Shown here: positions 9,201-16,213 of the stretch, one piece after another
How the letters are laid out: each line of letters starts with the position of its first letter
Numbering within the stretch: position 1 is the first letter of the stretch
The notes under the pieces: generated by a model
What the model was told of the DNA's origin: nothing
Database searches by the model: none
The model's input: only the letters and a program-made list of their open reading frames with translations
Assembly: GCA_049619235.1 (NCBI GenBank)
Contig: JBMZMP010000001.1
Location: 1 to 36,719, forward strand
From: Thermoplasmatota archaeon
Lineage (GTDB): Archaea; Thermoplasmatota; E2; JACPAO01; JAHFTW01
Length of the DNA stretch: 36,719 bases
Reading direction: 5' to 3'
Made by a program: the position numbers and the translations under genes

Positions 9201-12200
9201 ACGGCACCCGCAAGCAACGACCCCCGAACCGAAGTCATAGCAAATGCCCTCACCGAATTGAACGCCACGCTCGCCTCCATGAACGGAGTCACCGCTGCGC
9301 CGCAAGCCGCGACTGGCACCGTGGACAGCCAACTGCAAGCCAAACTGGACGCGTACGGCATTTGCCTCGACGACATCACCATCAGCGGCGCAGCCGTCGG
9401 ACTCCCCGGCGGACAACTGTTTGGCGAAGACAACTGGGACCGCATCCTACGAGGCGACAACCTCATCAGCGAAGTGCCCGAGCCGCACCGAGCCGGCATG
9501 GTGGACCGAAACATCGTTCGCCTCGTCAAAGGCAGCGACGGACAAGCCACGTTCCAATCCATCCAAGACATGGCGCAAGTGATTCACCTCGCTGGGCGCC
9601 GCGGCGGATTCGACCTCGCGGAATGGGGCATCGACATGGCCGACGTGTTGGACAAAACCAGCCAGTACGCCATGGCAGCCGGACTCGAAACACTGCGCGA
9701 CGCAGGCATTCCCCTGCAACGCACGTACATGCAAACCAGCACCGGCAGCTTCCTTCCAAAAGAATGGAAACTCCCCGAGCCCCTGCGTGACGGCACCGGC
9801 ATCATCTTCGCCAGTGCATTCCCCGGGTACGACAACCTCATTGACGAAATCAGCCGCCACCTCGCGGACAAATACGCCGGTGCCAGCCTCGACCGGCTGC
9901 AAGCGTTGTACGAAGAACTCGGAGGCGTCGTCTCGGACGACGAGCAAAAAGAGCGACTGACGAAGCTGTTCGACGAAGAATTCGAACGCCTGCAAGCAGT
10001 CCTCCCCGATCAAGGAGCAGCGCGGTACGAATTCAACCGAAAATTCCTCTTCACCGTCCTCAGCATGGGGCACAGCCAACTGGCACAACTCATTGGAGCC
10101 CGTGGCCCCAACACGCAAGTGAACGCCGCCTGCGCCAGCACCACGCAAGCCATCGGCATCGCCGAAGACTGGATTCGCACCGGCCGCGCCCGCCGCGTCC
10201 TCGTGGTTGGCGCAGATGACGCCACCAGCGACAACATGCTCCCATGGATTGGCAGCGGGTTCCTCGCAAGCGGAGCCGCCACCACCAAACGCAACGTGGC
10301 CGACGCCGCATTGCCCTTCGACGCCCGCCGCCACGGCATGATCATCGGCATGGGAGCCGTCGGCGTCCTCGTGGAAGCCGCTCCCGAAGTGGAAGCCCGC
10401 GGCATGCGACCCATTGCCAACTTGCTCGCCACCAAGGTCAGCAACTCCGCATTCCACGGCAGCCGCCTCGACATCGAACACATCGCCAGCGAAATGCAAG
10501 CGTTGGTCGGCAAGGCCTTGGCCACCCGACGCGCCACTGGCCGAGCGGCCAACGGCGAAACCGCGGAGAGCCTCGCGGCATCCACGGTCTTCATGTCCCA
10601 CGAAACCTACACGCCCGCTCGCGGCGGAAGCGCCGCAGCAGAAATCCACGCACTCCGTGCCACCTTCGGCGCCGGCGCAGACAGGGTCGTCATCGCCAAC
10701 ACCAAGGGCTTCACCGGCCACCCGCAAGGCGCGGGCATCGAAGACGCAGTCGTCCTCAAGTGTCTGCAACGAGGCCAAGTGCCACCCATTCCGAACCTCA
10801 AGGAACCGGACGCGGAACTCGGCAACCTCAACCTCAGCAAAGGCGGCAACTACGACATTCGGTACGGACTACGTCTTGCCGCTGGATTTGGAAGCCAAGT
10901 GGCCATGACCTTCACGGAATTGGTCGCCCGCGAGAACGAACGCTTCGCCAACCAAGCCCAATACGATGCCTGGCTCGCAAGCGTCAGCGGCATGCCAAGC
11001 GCCGTCGTGGAAACCGTGCATCGTACGCTCCGCATCGTGGACCAAGGCGCCCCCGAACGGGTGGCCCCTGCCGCAAAGCCGGAACCAGTTGCGGTGCAAA
11101 CACCAACGACGCCGGCCGTCCCCGCCGTGGACGCGCTTCCGACGGTCATCGACCTTGTGGCCAAGAAAACGGGATACCCCGTGGAAATGCTGGAACCCGA
11201 CCTCGACCTTGAAGCGGACCTTGGCATTGACACCGTGAAGCAAGCAGAACTGTTTGGCGAACTGCGCGAACATTTCGGTGTACCCTTGAGTGACGACTTG
11301 AAACTCAGTGACTACAACACGCTCCGCAAAGTGGCTGATTACATGGGCGGCGGAAACGGTGCCAGCGCACAGCCTGCGGCTGCCCCTGCCACCACCACTT
11401 CTACCGCCCCCAATGTGACGGTTCCAACGCCTCAACCTGTTGACCCCGCCGCGTCCGCGCCTTCTGCGGATGTGCTTGCAACCGTCACCGCCATGATTGC
11501 CGAAAAGACCGGCTACCCACCAGAAATGCTCGAGCCCGCACTTGATCTCGAAGCGGACCTCGGCATTGACACGGTCAAGCAAGCCGAGCTCTTTGGCGAA
11601 CTGCGCGAACACTTCGGCATTCCCCTCAGCGACGACCTCAAGCTTAGCGACTACAACACCTTGGAGAAAGTGGCAGCGTACATGGGAGGCGGCAATGCCG
11701 CACCGACACCCGCAACGCCTCCTCCCGCCGCAACGCCCACCCTCGCCCCAATTGTTGGGGCACAAAGCCCCGCGGCGCCAGCTGGGGACGTTCTTGCCAA
11801 AGTGACCGCCGTCGTAGCCGAAAAAACCGGCTACCCCGCGGAAATGCTCGAAGCGGACCTGGACCTCGAAGCGGACCTGGGCATTGACACCGTCAAGCAA
11901 GCGGAACTCTTCGGGGAACTGCGGGAAATGTTCGGCGTCTCCCTCAGCGAGGACTTGAGCCTCGCCGATTACAACACGCTCCGCAAAGTCGCATCCTACA
12001 TGTCCGGTGGTGCCGGCACCGAAACGGCCGCAAGTGCTCCCCCCACTCCCGCCGTGGCGCCTGCTCAACCAGGCGCGGAAACGGCTCCGGCGGCGGATGC
12101 GGGCGACGTGCTTGCCAAAGTCACCGCCGTGGTGGCTGAGAAAACCGGCTACCCCGTCGAGATGCTCGAACCTGCATTGGACCTTGAAGCGGATCTCGGC

Positions 12201-15200
12201 ATTGACACGGTCAAACAAGCAGAGCTCTTTGGCGAACTCCGGGAAATGTTCGGAGTCCCCCTGAGCGAAGACCTGAGCCTCGCCGACTACAACACTCTCG
12301 AAAAAGTGGCGGGCTACATGGCCGCCGGTGGAGCCTCCGCTACAAACACTGCCACCGAAGCGGCCGTTGAACAAGCAACCGAGGCTGCACCTTCCGGCAT
12401 CCAACGGTTGGTCCCCTTCGCCCGCCCACAAGCATGCGAAGAAGACAACCACCTGCCACAAGGACAACTCCTCGTGGTGGGCGACGCGGACACGGAATTC
12501 ATGGACGCCTGGAAGGCCGCCGGGTTCAAACCCACCATGCACCACGCGGACGCACCCGTGGGCATCCTGTGCCTCGCAACCCGCCCCGGCGAAAACGCCC
12601 ACACGCGGGCAGCGGCACTCTTCGAAGCCGCCAAAGCCAACCCCAACGCCTTCGTGGTCGTTGCCACCGCACAAGACGGAAGCCACGGGCTCCGCAAACC
12701 TCGTGACGCCGGCATGGCCGCAGTTTCAGGGCTTGGAAAAGCATTGAACAAGGAACTCCAAGGGCTCGTCAAGGTCATCGACGTGGACCCCGCCGACCGC
12801 GACGGACCCAAGCGCGTGGTGCAAGAAGCCATGCACGGCGGATTGCGCTGCGAAGTGTGCTTCGACCGCAACGGCAACCGCTGCGTCGTTGAAGTGGCTC
12901 CGGAAAGCCAACAAGGCACCCCCGACGTCGCCGGCAAAACGCTCGTCGTCAGCGGAGGCGCACAAGGCATCACCGCTGAACTGCTACTCCAACTCGCGCC
13001 GCAACACCCGAACCTCGTACTCCTTGGCCGCACACCGCTCCCACGGGAAGTGGCAGACTGGGCCAACTGGACCGACGAGCAATGGCGCGCCGAAGAACTC
13101 CGCGTCCTGGAAGAACTGAAAGCGAGTGGCGAAAAAGCCACCCCTGTGATGGTCAAGAAGCGCGTGGACCCCATGCGAAAAGCCGTGGAAGTGCAACGAA
13201 ACATCACCTCCATGCAAGCAGCCGGAGCCACCGTTTCCTACGCCGCAGTGGACGTCACGGACGCCGCCGGCGTCGCACAAGTGGTGTCCGAAGCCCGAGA
13301 CAAATTCGGCTCCATTGACGGCGTCATTCACGCCGCCGGCATGGAAATCAGCAAATTCCTCGCCGACAAACCACGGGAACAATTCGACCTCGTGTTTGGC
13401 ATCAAACACGATGGTATGAACGCCCTCGTGGCCGCCACGGAACAGGACGACCTGTCCATCCTCGCGGCCTTCGGAAGCGTTGCCGGACGGTTTGGAAACA
13501 TCGGCCAAGTGGACTACTCCGCCGCCAACGAATACCTCTGCAAAGAAGTCAAGCGCGTTGCACAAGCCCGCGGCATCCCCGCGGCATTCACCATCGCGTG
13601 GGGCCCCTGGGGGGAAGTGGGCATGGCAACCCGCGGCGGCATCATGACAGTCCTCAAGGAAAGCGGCGTCACACCCATCCCGACTGCAGACGGCATTGCG
13701 GCGTTCATGAACGAACTCGGCACGCCCGGGGTTCGCGAAAGCGTCGTGTGCGGAGAGATTGGAGGACTGGACGCGGACGGCCAAGTGGTCGCACACGTCT
13801 GGGACCCAGCCGTTGCGGAAGCAGAAAGCTGGCTGCAAACCGCCCCCGATCGGTTCAGGCTCCTGGACTCCATCGAAGCCATCAACACGGAACGCATCGT
13901 TGCCCGGTTGGTCATGGACCGCGTCAAGGACCCATACCTGATGGACCACGCCATTGACGGCGTGCCCCTCCTGCCCGGCGTCTTCGGTCTTGAAGCGTTT
14001 GCAGAAGCAAGCCGCCTCCTGGTCCCAGAAGACCTCGACTTCATCGGCGCCGAAGCGGTGCGATTTGCCGCGCCACTCAAGCAACACAAAGACACCCCCG
14101 TGACCGCGCGCATCGAAGCCCTGGTCTTGGAGCGAGGCGAAGAGACAAAGGTGCGATGCCAACTGACAAGCCAATTCGTCGGCCCAGACGGCCGCCCACT
14201 CGGCGAACCCAAACTGCACTTCGAAGCGGTGACCCGCTTCGGCACTGGACGCACCATGCGCACCGGAGACGTTCCCGTCTCGGATCGAAGCCGCACCAAC
14301 GTCTACCCGCCATTCTTCCACGGACCCAGCTTCCAAGTGCTCCCCGCAGCCGGGCCGCTTGGCGAGGAATCCATTGGCGAATTTGTCTTCCCCGAAGCTC
14401 CCTGCTTCGCCGACGGCAACGCCACGTTCCTCAGCCACCCCCTCGTGACGGAGGCCCTGTTCCAACTCTGCGGTCTCCGCACCATGGACGTGGACCAACG
14501 CATGAGCCTCCCCGCCGCCATCGAACGCATCGACGTATTCCCCGGCGCCACGGGACACGGCCGGCTCTGGTCCGCCTACAAGGGCAAGGAAGATTTGCAC
14601 CAATTCGACGCGGCCGCCTGCACCGATGACGGCACAGTCCTCATCCGAATGGTGGGCTACCAAATGATTGAAACTGGCCCCATCGCAGACAGCGAACCCG
14701 CGGAGCCAGAAGGTGCAACGGATCCGGCCCCAGCGCCGTCCGAACCGGCCCTACCCGAACCACCGGCCCACGTGCATCTACCAGACGTGGAAGGACTCAT
14801 GTTCCAGTGGGAGCCGGTCAAAGACGCACCGCTCAACGACTGGTTCTCCGCCGCGGAAAAGGAAACCCACGCCGGATTCAAAACCAGCAAGCGCGCCGCC
14901 GAATGGCGCGCCGGCCGCATCGCCGCCAAACGCGCCGTCGCAGCCAGCACAGGGGCCCCACACAACGAAATCGAACTCCGAGCCAACGACGCAGGCGCAC
15001 CCAGTCTTTACGTCCGTGGGAAACCAAGCCCTGTCCGCGTCAGCATCACGCACCGCGACGGCGTTGCCATCGCCGCCTTTGGAAACGACGCCATCGGCAT
15101 CGACTTGGAAACCGTCGAACCCCGCAGCGAACCGTTCTGGGAACAAGCCTTCGGAGCCGACGAACGACGACACCTTGGTGCCATGGCCAACAAGGACGTG

Positions 15201-15413
15201 GCCGCAGCGTGTGCCTGGGCCGCGAAGGAAGCCTGCCTGAAGCGGGTTGGAACCGGCCTCGATTGTGCCCTGCACGACTTGGTGGTTCGCCCCGAAGGCG
15301 GCGGCGCGCACGTCTCTGGACCGTTCGGCCAATGGTACGTCCGCTTCTGGGACCTTGATGGCCGCGTTCTCGCCGTGACCACGCCCCAATTTGATGTGCA
15401 GGTGAACGCATAG
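6300..15413 (+). CDS. Iterative type I polyketide / PUFA-synthase-like megasynthase, 3037 aa: KS-AT-KS-ACPx4-KR-DH-PPTase
   Basis: ORF 6171-15413 was trimmed to ATG 6300 (MTKEPIAIIGTGCVLPDA...), 8 nt after the pccB stop and preceded by AGGTG (6290-6294). The domain motifs are listed in the sub-features below. The stop TAG (15411-15413) overlaps the GTG start of bioY. Confidence 0.9.
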   Translation: MTKEPIAIIGTGCVLPDAPDVATFWNNLLAGKSSITEVPRERWDPTLYHSDDKTLPDMTYTKIGGFVADDAFNGIDYRMPPKVVDQIDPCQRWALAATRQAFQNAGYATGLKGDEGKAFDRDRCAVIVGNAMGGEVQKAVSKRVYWAEAEAAIRADSKFQTLPQEAQDEILSRAQAEFKATTNPITEDTLPGHLSNVVAGRIANAFDLGGKNFTTDAACASSFAALDAAVKTLRDQDSDLVIWGGTDRSMDVTAYIQFSKIGALSPDGSRPFDEGANGFVMGEGCAMFLLKRLSDAERDGDNIIATIRGIGSSSDGKGKGITAPNPSGQVKAVERAYKDAGVDPATIGYMEAHGTSTPVGDPVELESASKGISATTTQTIAPGSIRVGSVKSNIGHLKAAAGAAGVLKAALALKEGVLPPSINVKTLNPRIDWENSVFKVQTTQEGWVQEGPRRAAVSSFGFGGTNFHVVLEQHVPGAWQAPVATQAVAETRTELDLAGFQAGFNASLEPEAVVLSSAQAASLDLQTTNFAETGTGARLRDQLHPLTKEGVAANERVAFHVADVAEIPKKLGLAQKAMENPAAARLAFNQGVFLGRGAPEGKVAFLFPGQGTQYVNMGRDLAEKYEIVRKTFEEADEALFDDIGGKLTDILWPTPNTEENQKASNEKLKLTEYTQPAVLAMDLACLRLLQSWGIKPDMVAGHSLGEYGALMAAGVLSLKDALHAVAARGREMANVDLPDLGKMASISADWHDVQGFLDGVDGYVIPANKNCPSQTVIAGSTEGVENAVAKISEAGIQTMFLPVSAAFHSEIVAPASGPLRKVLGRLDVQSPKVPVITNVGARLYEDDPEWIRDNLAVQVASPVDWIDTIEKMYAEGVRYFIEVGPKRALSGFVMDILKDKQDVRAMFANHPKKGGIQSLNEMYAFLGASGFAPQVHALDDADVYTKSFLDPVAAFTKEVAVAAQPPITAPASNDPRTEVIANALTELNATLASMNGVTAAPQAATGTVDSQLQAKLDAYGICLDDITISGAAVGLPGGQLFGEDNWDRILRGDNLISEVPEPHRAGMVDRNIVRLVKGSDGQATFQSIQDMAQVIHLAGRRGGFDLAEWGIDMADVLDKTSQYAMAAGLETLRDAGIPLQRTYMQTSTGSFLPKEWKLPEPLRDGTGIIFASAFPGYDNLIDEISRHLADKYAGASLDRLQALYEELGGVVSDDEQKERLTKLFDEEFERLQAVLPDQGAARYEFNRKFLFTVLSMGHSQLAQLIGARGPNTQVNAACASTTQAIGIAEDWIRTGRARRVLVVGADDATSDNMLPWIGSGFLASGAATTKRNVADAALPFDARRHGMIIGMGAVGVLVEAAPEVEARGMRPIANLLATKVSNSAFHGSRLDIEHIASEMQALVGKALATRRATGRAANGETAESLAASTVFMSHETYTPARGGSAAAEIHALRATFGAGADRVVIANTKGFTGHPQGAGIEDAVVLKCLQRGQVPPIPNLKEPDAELGNLNLSKGGNYDIRYGLRLAAGFGSQVAMTFTELVARENERFANQAQYDAWLASVSGMPSAVVETVHRTLRIVDQGAPERVAPAAKPEPVAVQTPTTPAVPAVDALPTVIDLVAKKTGYPVEMLEPDLDLEADLGIDTVKQAELFGELREHFGVPLSDDLKLSDYNTLRKVADYMGGGNGASAQPAAAPATTTSTAPNVTVPTPQPVDPAASAPSADVLATVTAMIAEKTGYPPEMLEPALDLEADLGIDTVKQAELFGELREHFGIPLSDDLKLSDYNTLEKVAAYMGGGNAAPTPATPPPAATPTLAPIVGAQSPAAPAGDVLAKVTAVVAEKTGYPAEMLEADLDLEADLGIDTVKQAELFGELREMFGVSLSEDLSLADYNTLRKVASYMSGGAGTETAASAPPTPAVAPAQPGAETAPAADAGDVLAKVTAVVAEKTGYPVEMLEPALDLEADLGIDTVKQAELFGELREMFGVPLSEDLSLADYNTLEKVAGYMAAGGASATNTATEAAVEQATEAAPSGIQRLVPFARPQACEEDNHLPQGQLLVVGDADTEFMDAWKAAGFKPTMHHADAPVGILCLATRPGENAHTRAAALFEAAKANPNAFVVVATAQDGSHGLRKPRDAGMAAVSGLGKALNKELQGLVKVIDVDPADRDGPKRVVQEAMHGGLRCEVCFDRNGNRCVVEVAPESQQGTPDVAGKTLVVSGGAQGITAELLLQLAPQHPNLVLLGRTPLPREVADWANWTDEQWRAEELRVLEELKASGEKATPVMVKKRVDPMRKAVEVQRNITSMQAAGATVSYAAVDVTDAAGVAQVVSEARDKFGSIDGVIHAAGMEISKFLADKPREQFDLVFGIKHDGMNALVAATEQDDLSILAAFGSVAGRFGNIGQVDYSAANEYLCKEVKRVAQARGIPAAFTIAWGPWGEVGMATRGGIMTVLKESGVTPIPTADGIAAFMNELGTPGVRESVVCGEIGGLDADGQVVAHVWDPAVAEAESWLQTAPDRFRLLDSIEAINTERIVARLVMDRVKDPYLMDHAIDGVPLLPGVFGLEAFAEASRLLVPEDLDFIGAEAVRFAAPLKQHKDTPVTARIEALVLERGEETKVRCQLTSQFVGPDGRPLGEPKLHFEAVTRFGTGRTMRTGDVPVSDRSRTNVYPPFFHGPSFQVLPAAGPLGEESIGEFVFPEAPCFADGNATFLSHPLVTEALFQLCGLRTMDVDQRMSLPAAIERIDVFPGATGHGRLWSAYKGKEDLHQFDAAACTDDGTVLIRMVGYQMIETGPIADSEPAEPEGATDPAPAPSEPALPEPPAHVHLPDVEGLMFQWEPVKDAPLNDWFSAAEKETHAGFKTSKRAAEWRAGRIAAKRAVAASTGAPHNEIELRANDAGAPSLYVRGKPSPVRVSITHRDGVAIAAFGNDAIGIDLETVEPRSEPFWEQAFGADERRHLGAMANKDVAAACAWAAKEACLKRVGTGLDCALHDLVVRPEGGGAHVSGPFGQWYVRFWDLDGRVLAVTTPQFDVQVNA
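6309..7722 (+). other. Domain: ketosynthase 1 (approximate bounds)
   Basis: TTDAACASSFAALD (Cys codon 6954-6956), EAHGTSTPVGDP, KSNIGHLKAAAGAAG and FGFGGTNFHVVLEQH give an intact Cys-His-His triad. Confidence 0.85.
8103..9030 (+). other. Domain: acyltransferase (malonyl-type; approximate bounds)
   Basis: Motifs seen: FLFPGQGTQYVNMG, VAGHSLGEYGALMAAG (Ser codon 8406-8408), TEYTQPAVLA and PVSAAFHSEIV. Confidence 0.8.
9375..10925 (+). other. Domain: divergent second ketosynthase with retained active-site Cys (approximate bounds)
   Basis: ITISGAAVGLPGG at the N-terminus, NAACASTTQAIGIAEDW (Cys codon 10131-10133), MSHETYTP (His), NTKGFTGHPQGAGIED (His) and GFGSQVAMTF. A long helical insertion (RHLADKYAG...ARYEFNRKF) precedes the Cys. 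Confidence 0.7.
11133..12320 (+). repeat. Four tandem in-frame ACP-like carrier domains (11133-11345, 11466-11684, 11784-12002, 12102-12320) separated by Ala/Pro/Thr-rich linkers
   Basis: Each unit reads (V/L)A(K/T)VTA.(V/I)AEKTGYP.EMLE..LDLEADLGIDTVKQAELFGELRE.FG..LS.DL.L.DYNTL.KVA.YM. Unit spacing is 339, 318 and 318 nt. The position normally held by the phosphopantetheinyl-Ser is Thr in all four units (codons 11232-11234 ACC, 11571-11573 ACG, 11889-11891 ACC, 12207-12209 ACG). Confidence 0.85.
12400..13730 (+). other. Domain: ketoreductase with N-terminal structural subdomain (approximate bounds)
   Basis: Motifs seen: KTLVVSGGAQGITAELLLQL (Rossmann fold), DGVIHAAGM and FGSVAGRFGNIGQVDYSAANEYL (Tyr codon 13515-13517). 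Confidence 0.8.
13850..14670 (+). other. Domain: PKS-type double-hotdog dehydratase (approximate bounds)
   Basis: LMDHAIDGVPLLPGV matches HxxxGxxxxP (His codon 13947-13949). FFHGPSFQ resembles YGPxF, and HPLVTEALFQL resembles D/ExxxQ. Confidence 0.7.
14800..15410 (+). other. Domain: C-terminal Sfp/EntD-like 4'-phosphopantetheinyl transferase (approximate bounds)
   Basis: Motifs seen: EWRAGRIAAKRAV, VRVSITHRDGVAIAAF, AIGIDLETVE (Asp codon 15102-15104) and AWAAKEACLKRVG (Lys-Glu codons 15225-15230). These are the metal-binding and W/FxxKEAxxK motifs of PPTases. Confidence 0.7.
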
Positions 15414-16213
15414 TGGAGTACCGATTCGGAAACCTCGAGCAAACGCTCACCGGCTGGCCCACCCGGCTCCTCGCAAGCGCAGGCTTCGCAGGCATCCTCT
15501 CCCTCCTCGCCCTCATCAGTTTCCCCCTCCCCTGGACCCCGGTCCCCTTCTCCATGATGCCCCTGGGACTTCTCCTCGCAGGCGCATACCAGCGCCCGCT
15601 GTGGGGCTTCCTCTCCGTCGCCATGTACCTCGTGGCCGCAGGCATCGGCGCACCGATCTTTGCGGACGGGGAATCTGGCTGGAGCTGGTTCCTCGGCGCA
15701 AGCGGCGGCTACCTGTTCGGTTTCCTCCTCGTTTCGCCGCTCGTCGGTTGGTACATGCGGGAACGACGCGGCATGCTCCCCACCAAGTGGGTCGCCTTTG
15801 TCATCAGCGCGTTCACGCTCGCCGTCCTCGGTGGCCTCGGCGCCATCATTTGGATGACCACCACCGGAAGCAGCATCAGCAGCCTCGACGGAGACACGCA
15901 AAACTGGAACATGGGCCGTAGCACCCTCTGGGTTCTCCTGTTCCTCATCGTCGCCATGACCGCCCTGACGCTCACGTTCCTGCGCCGATACCGGCAACAA
16001 AGCCAAGAAGCGCTGAACCTGTTTCTTGTCATGATGGGCGCCATCATTGTGCTCCACACCTGCGGCGTCCTGGTCCTCTGGATGGCCACCTCCCTCACAT
16101 TCATGGAGGCATTGTTGCTTGGAAGCCTCGTCTTCTTACCCTTCGATGTACTCAAAAGCGGCCTCGCCGTCGCCCTCTCTCTGCCCTTCGTCCCCCCGGT
16201 GAACCATGACTGA
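15413..16213 (+). CDS. bioY: Biotin transporter BioY (solitary S-component)
   Basis: The GTG start shares one base with the megasynthase stop. Sequence PVPFSMMPLGLLLAGAYQRPLWGFLSVAMYLVAAGIGAPIFADG...GASGGYLFGFLL...FLPFDVLKSGLAVAL matches the BioY pattern. At 266 aa it is longer than usual, with a central insertion. Confidence 0.75.
   Translation: MEYRFGNLEQTLTGWPTRLLASAGFAGILSLLALISFPLPWTPVPFSMMPLGLLLAGAYQRPLWGFLSVAMYLVAAGIGAPIFADGESGWSWFLGASGGYLFGFLLVSPLVGWYMRERRGMLPTKWVAFVISAFTLAVLGGLGAIIWMTTTGSSISSLDGDTQNWNMGRSTLWVLLFLIVAMTALTLTFLRRYRQQSQEALNLFLVMMGAIIVLHTCGVLVLWMATSLTFMEALLLGSLVFLPFDVLKSGLAVALSLPFVPPVNHD

Noticed and set aside
11133-12320. Possible CRISPR array or non-coding tandem repeat, suggested by four ~320-nt periodic repeats
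   Set aside because: The repeats are in frame within the megasynthase and encode ACP-like domains. They diverge mostly at synonymous sites, and their 'spacers' are Ala/Pro-rich linkers. No short direct repeats or cas genes are present.
6288-14663. Series of long minus-strand and out-of-frame ORFs inside the megasynthase (for example 6288-7802, 9447-10778, 10869-12686, 12984-14663)
   Set aside because: All overlap a single uninterrupted 9.1-kb frame that carries ordered KS/AT/ACP/KR/DH/PPTase motifs. Their translations are repetitive Gly/Arg/Ala/Val-rich sequence without motifs.
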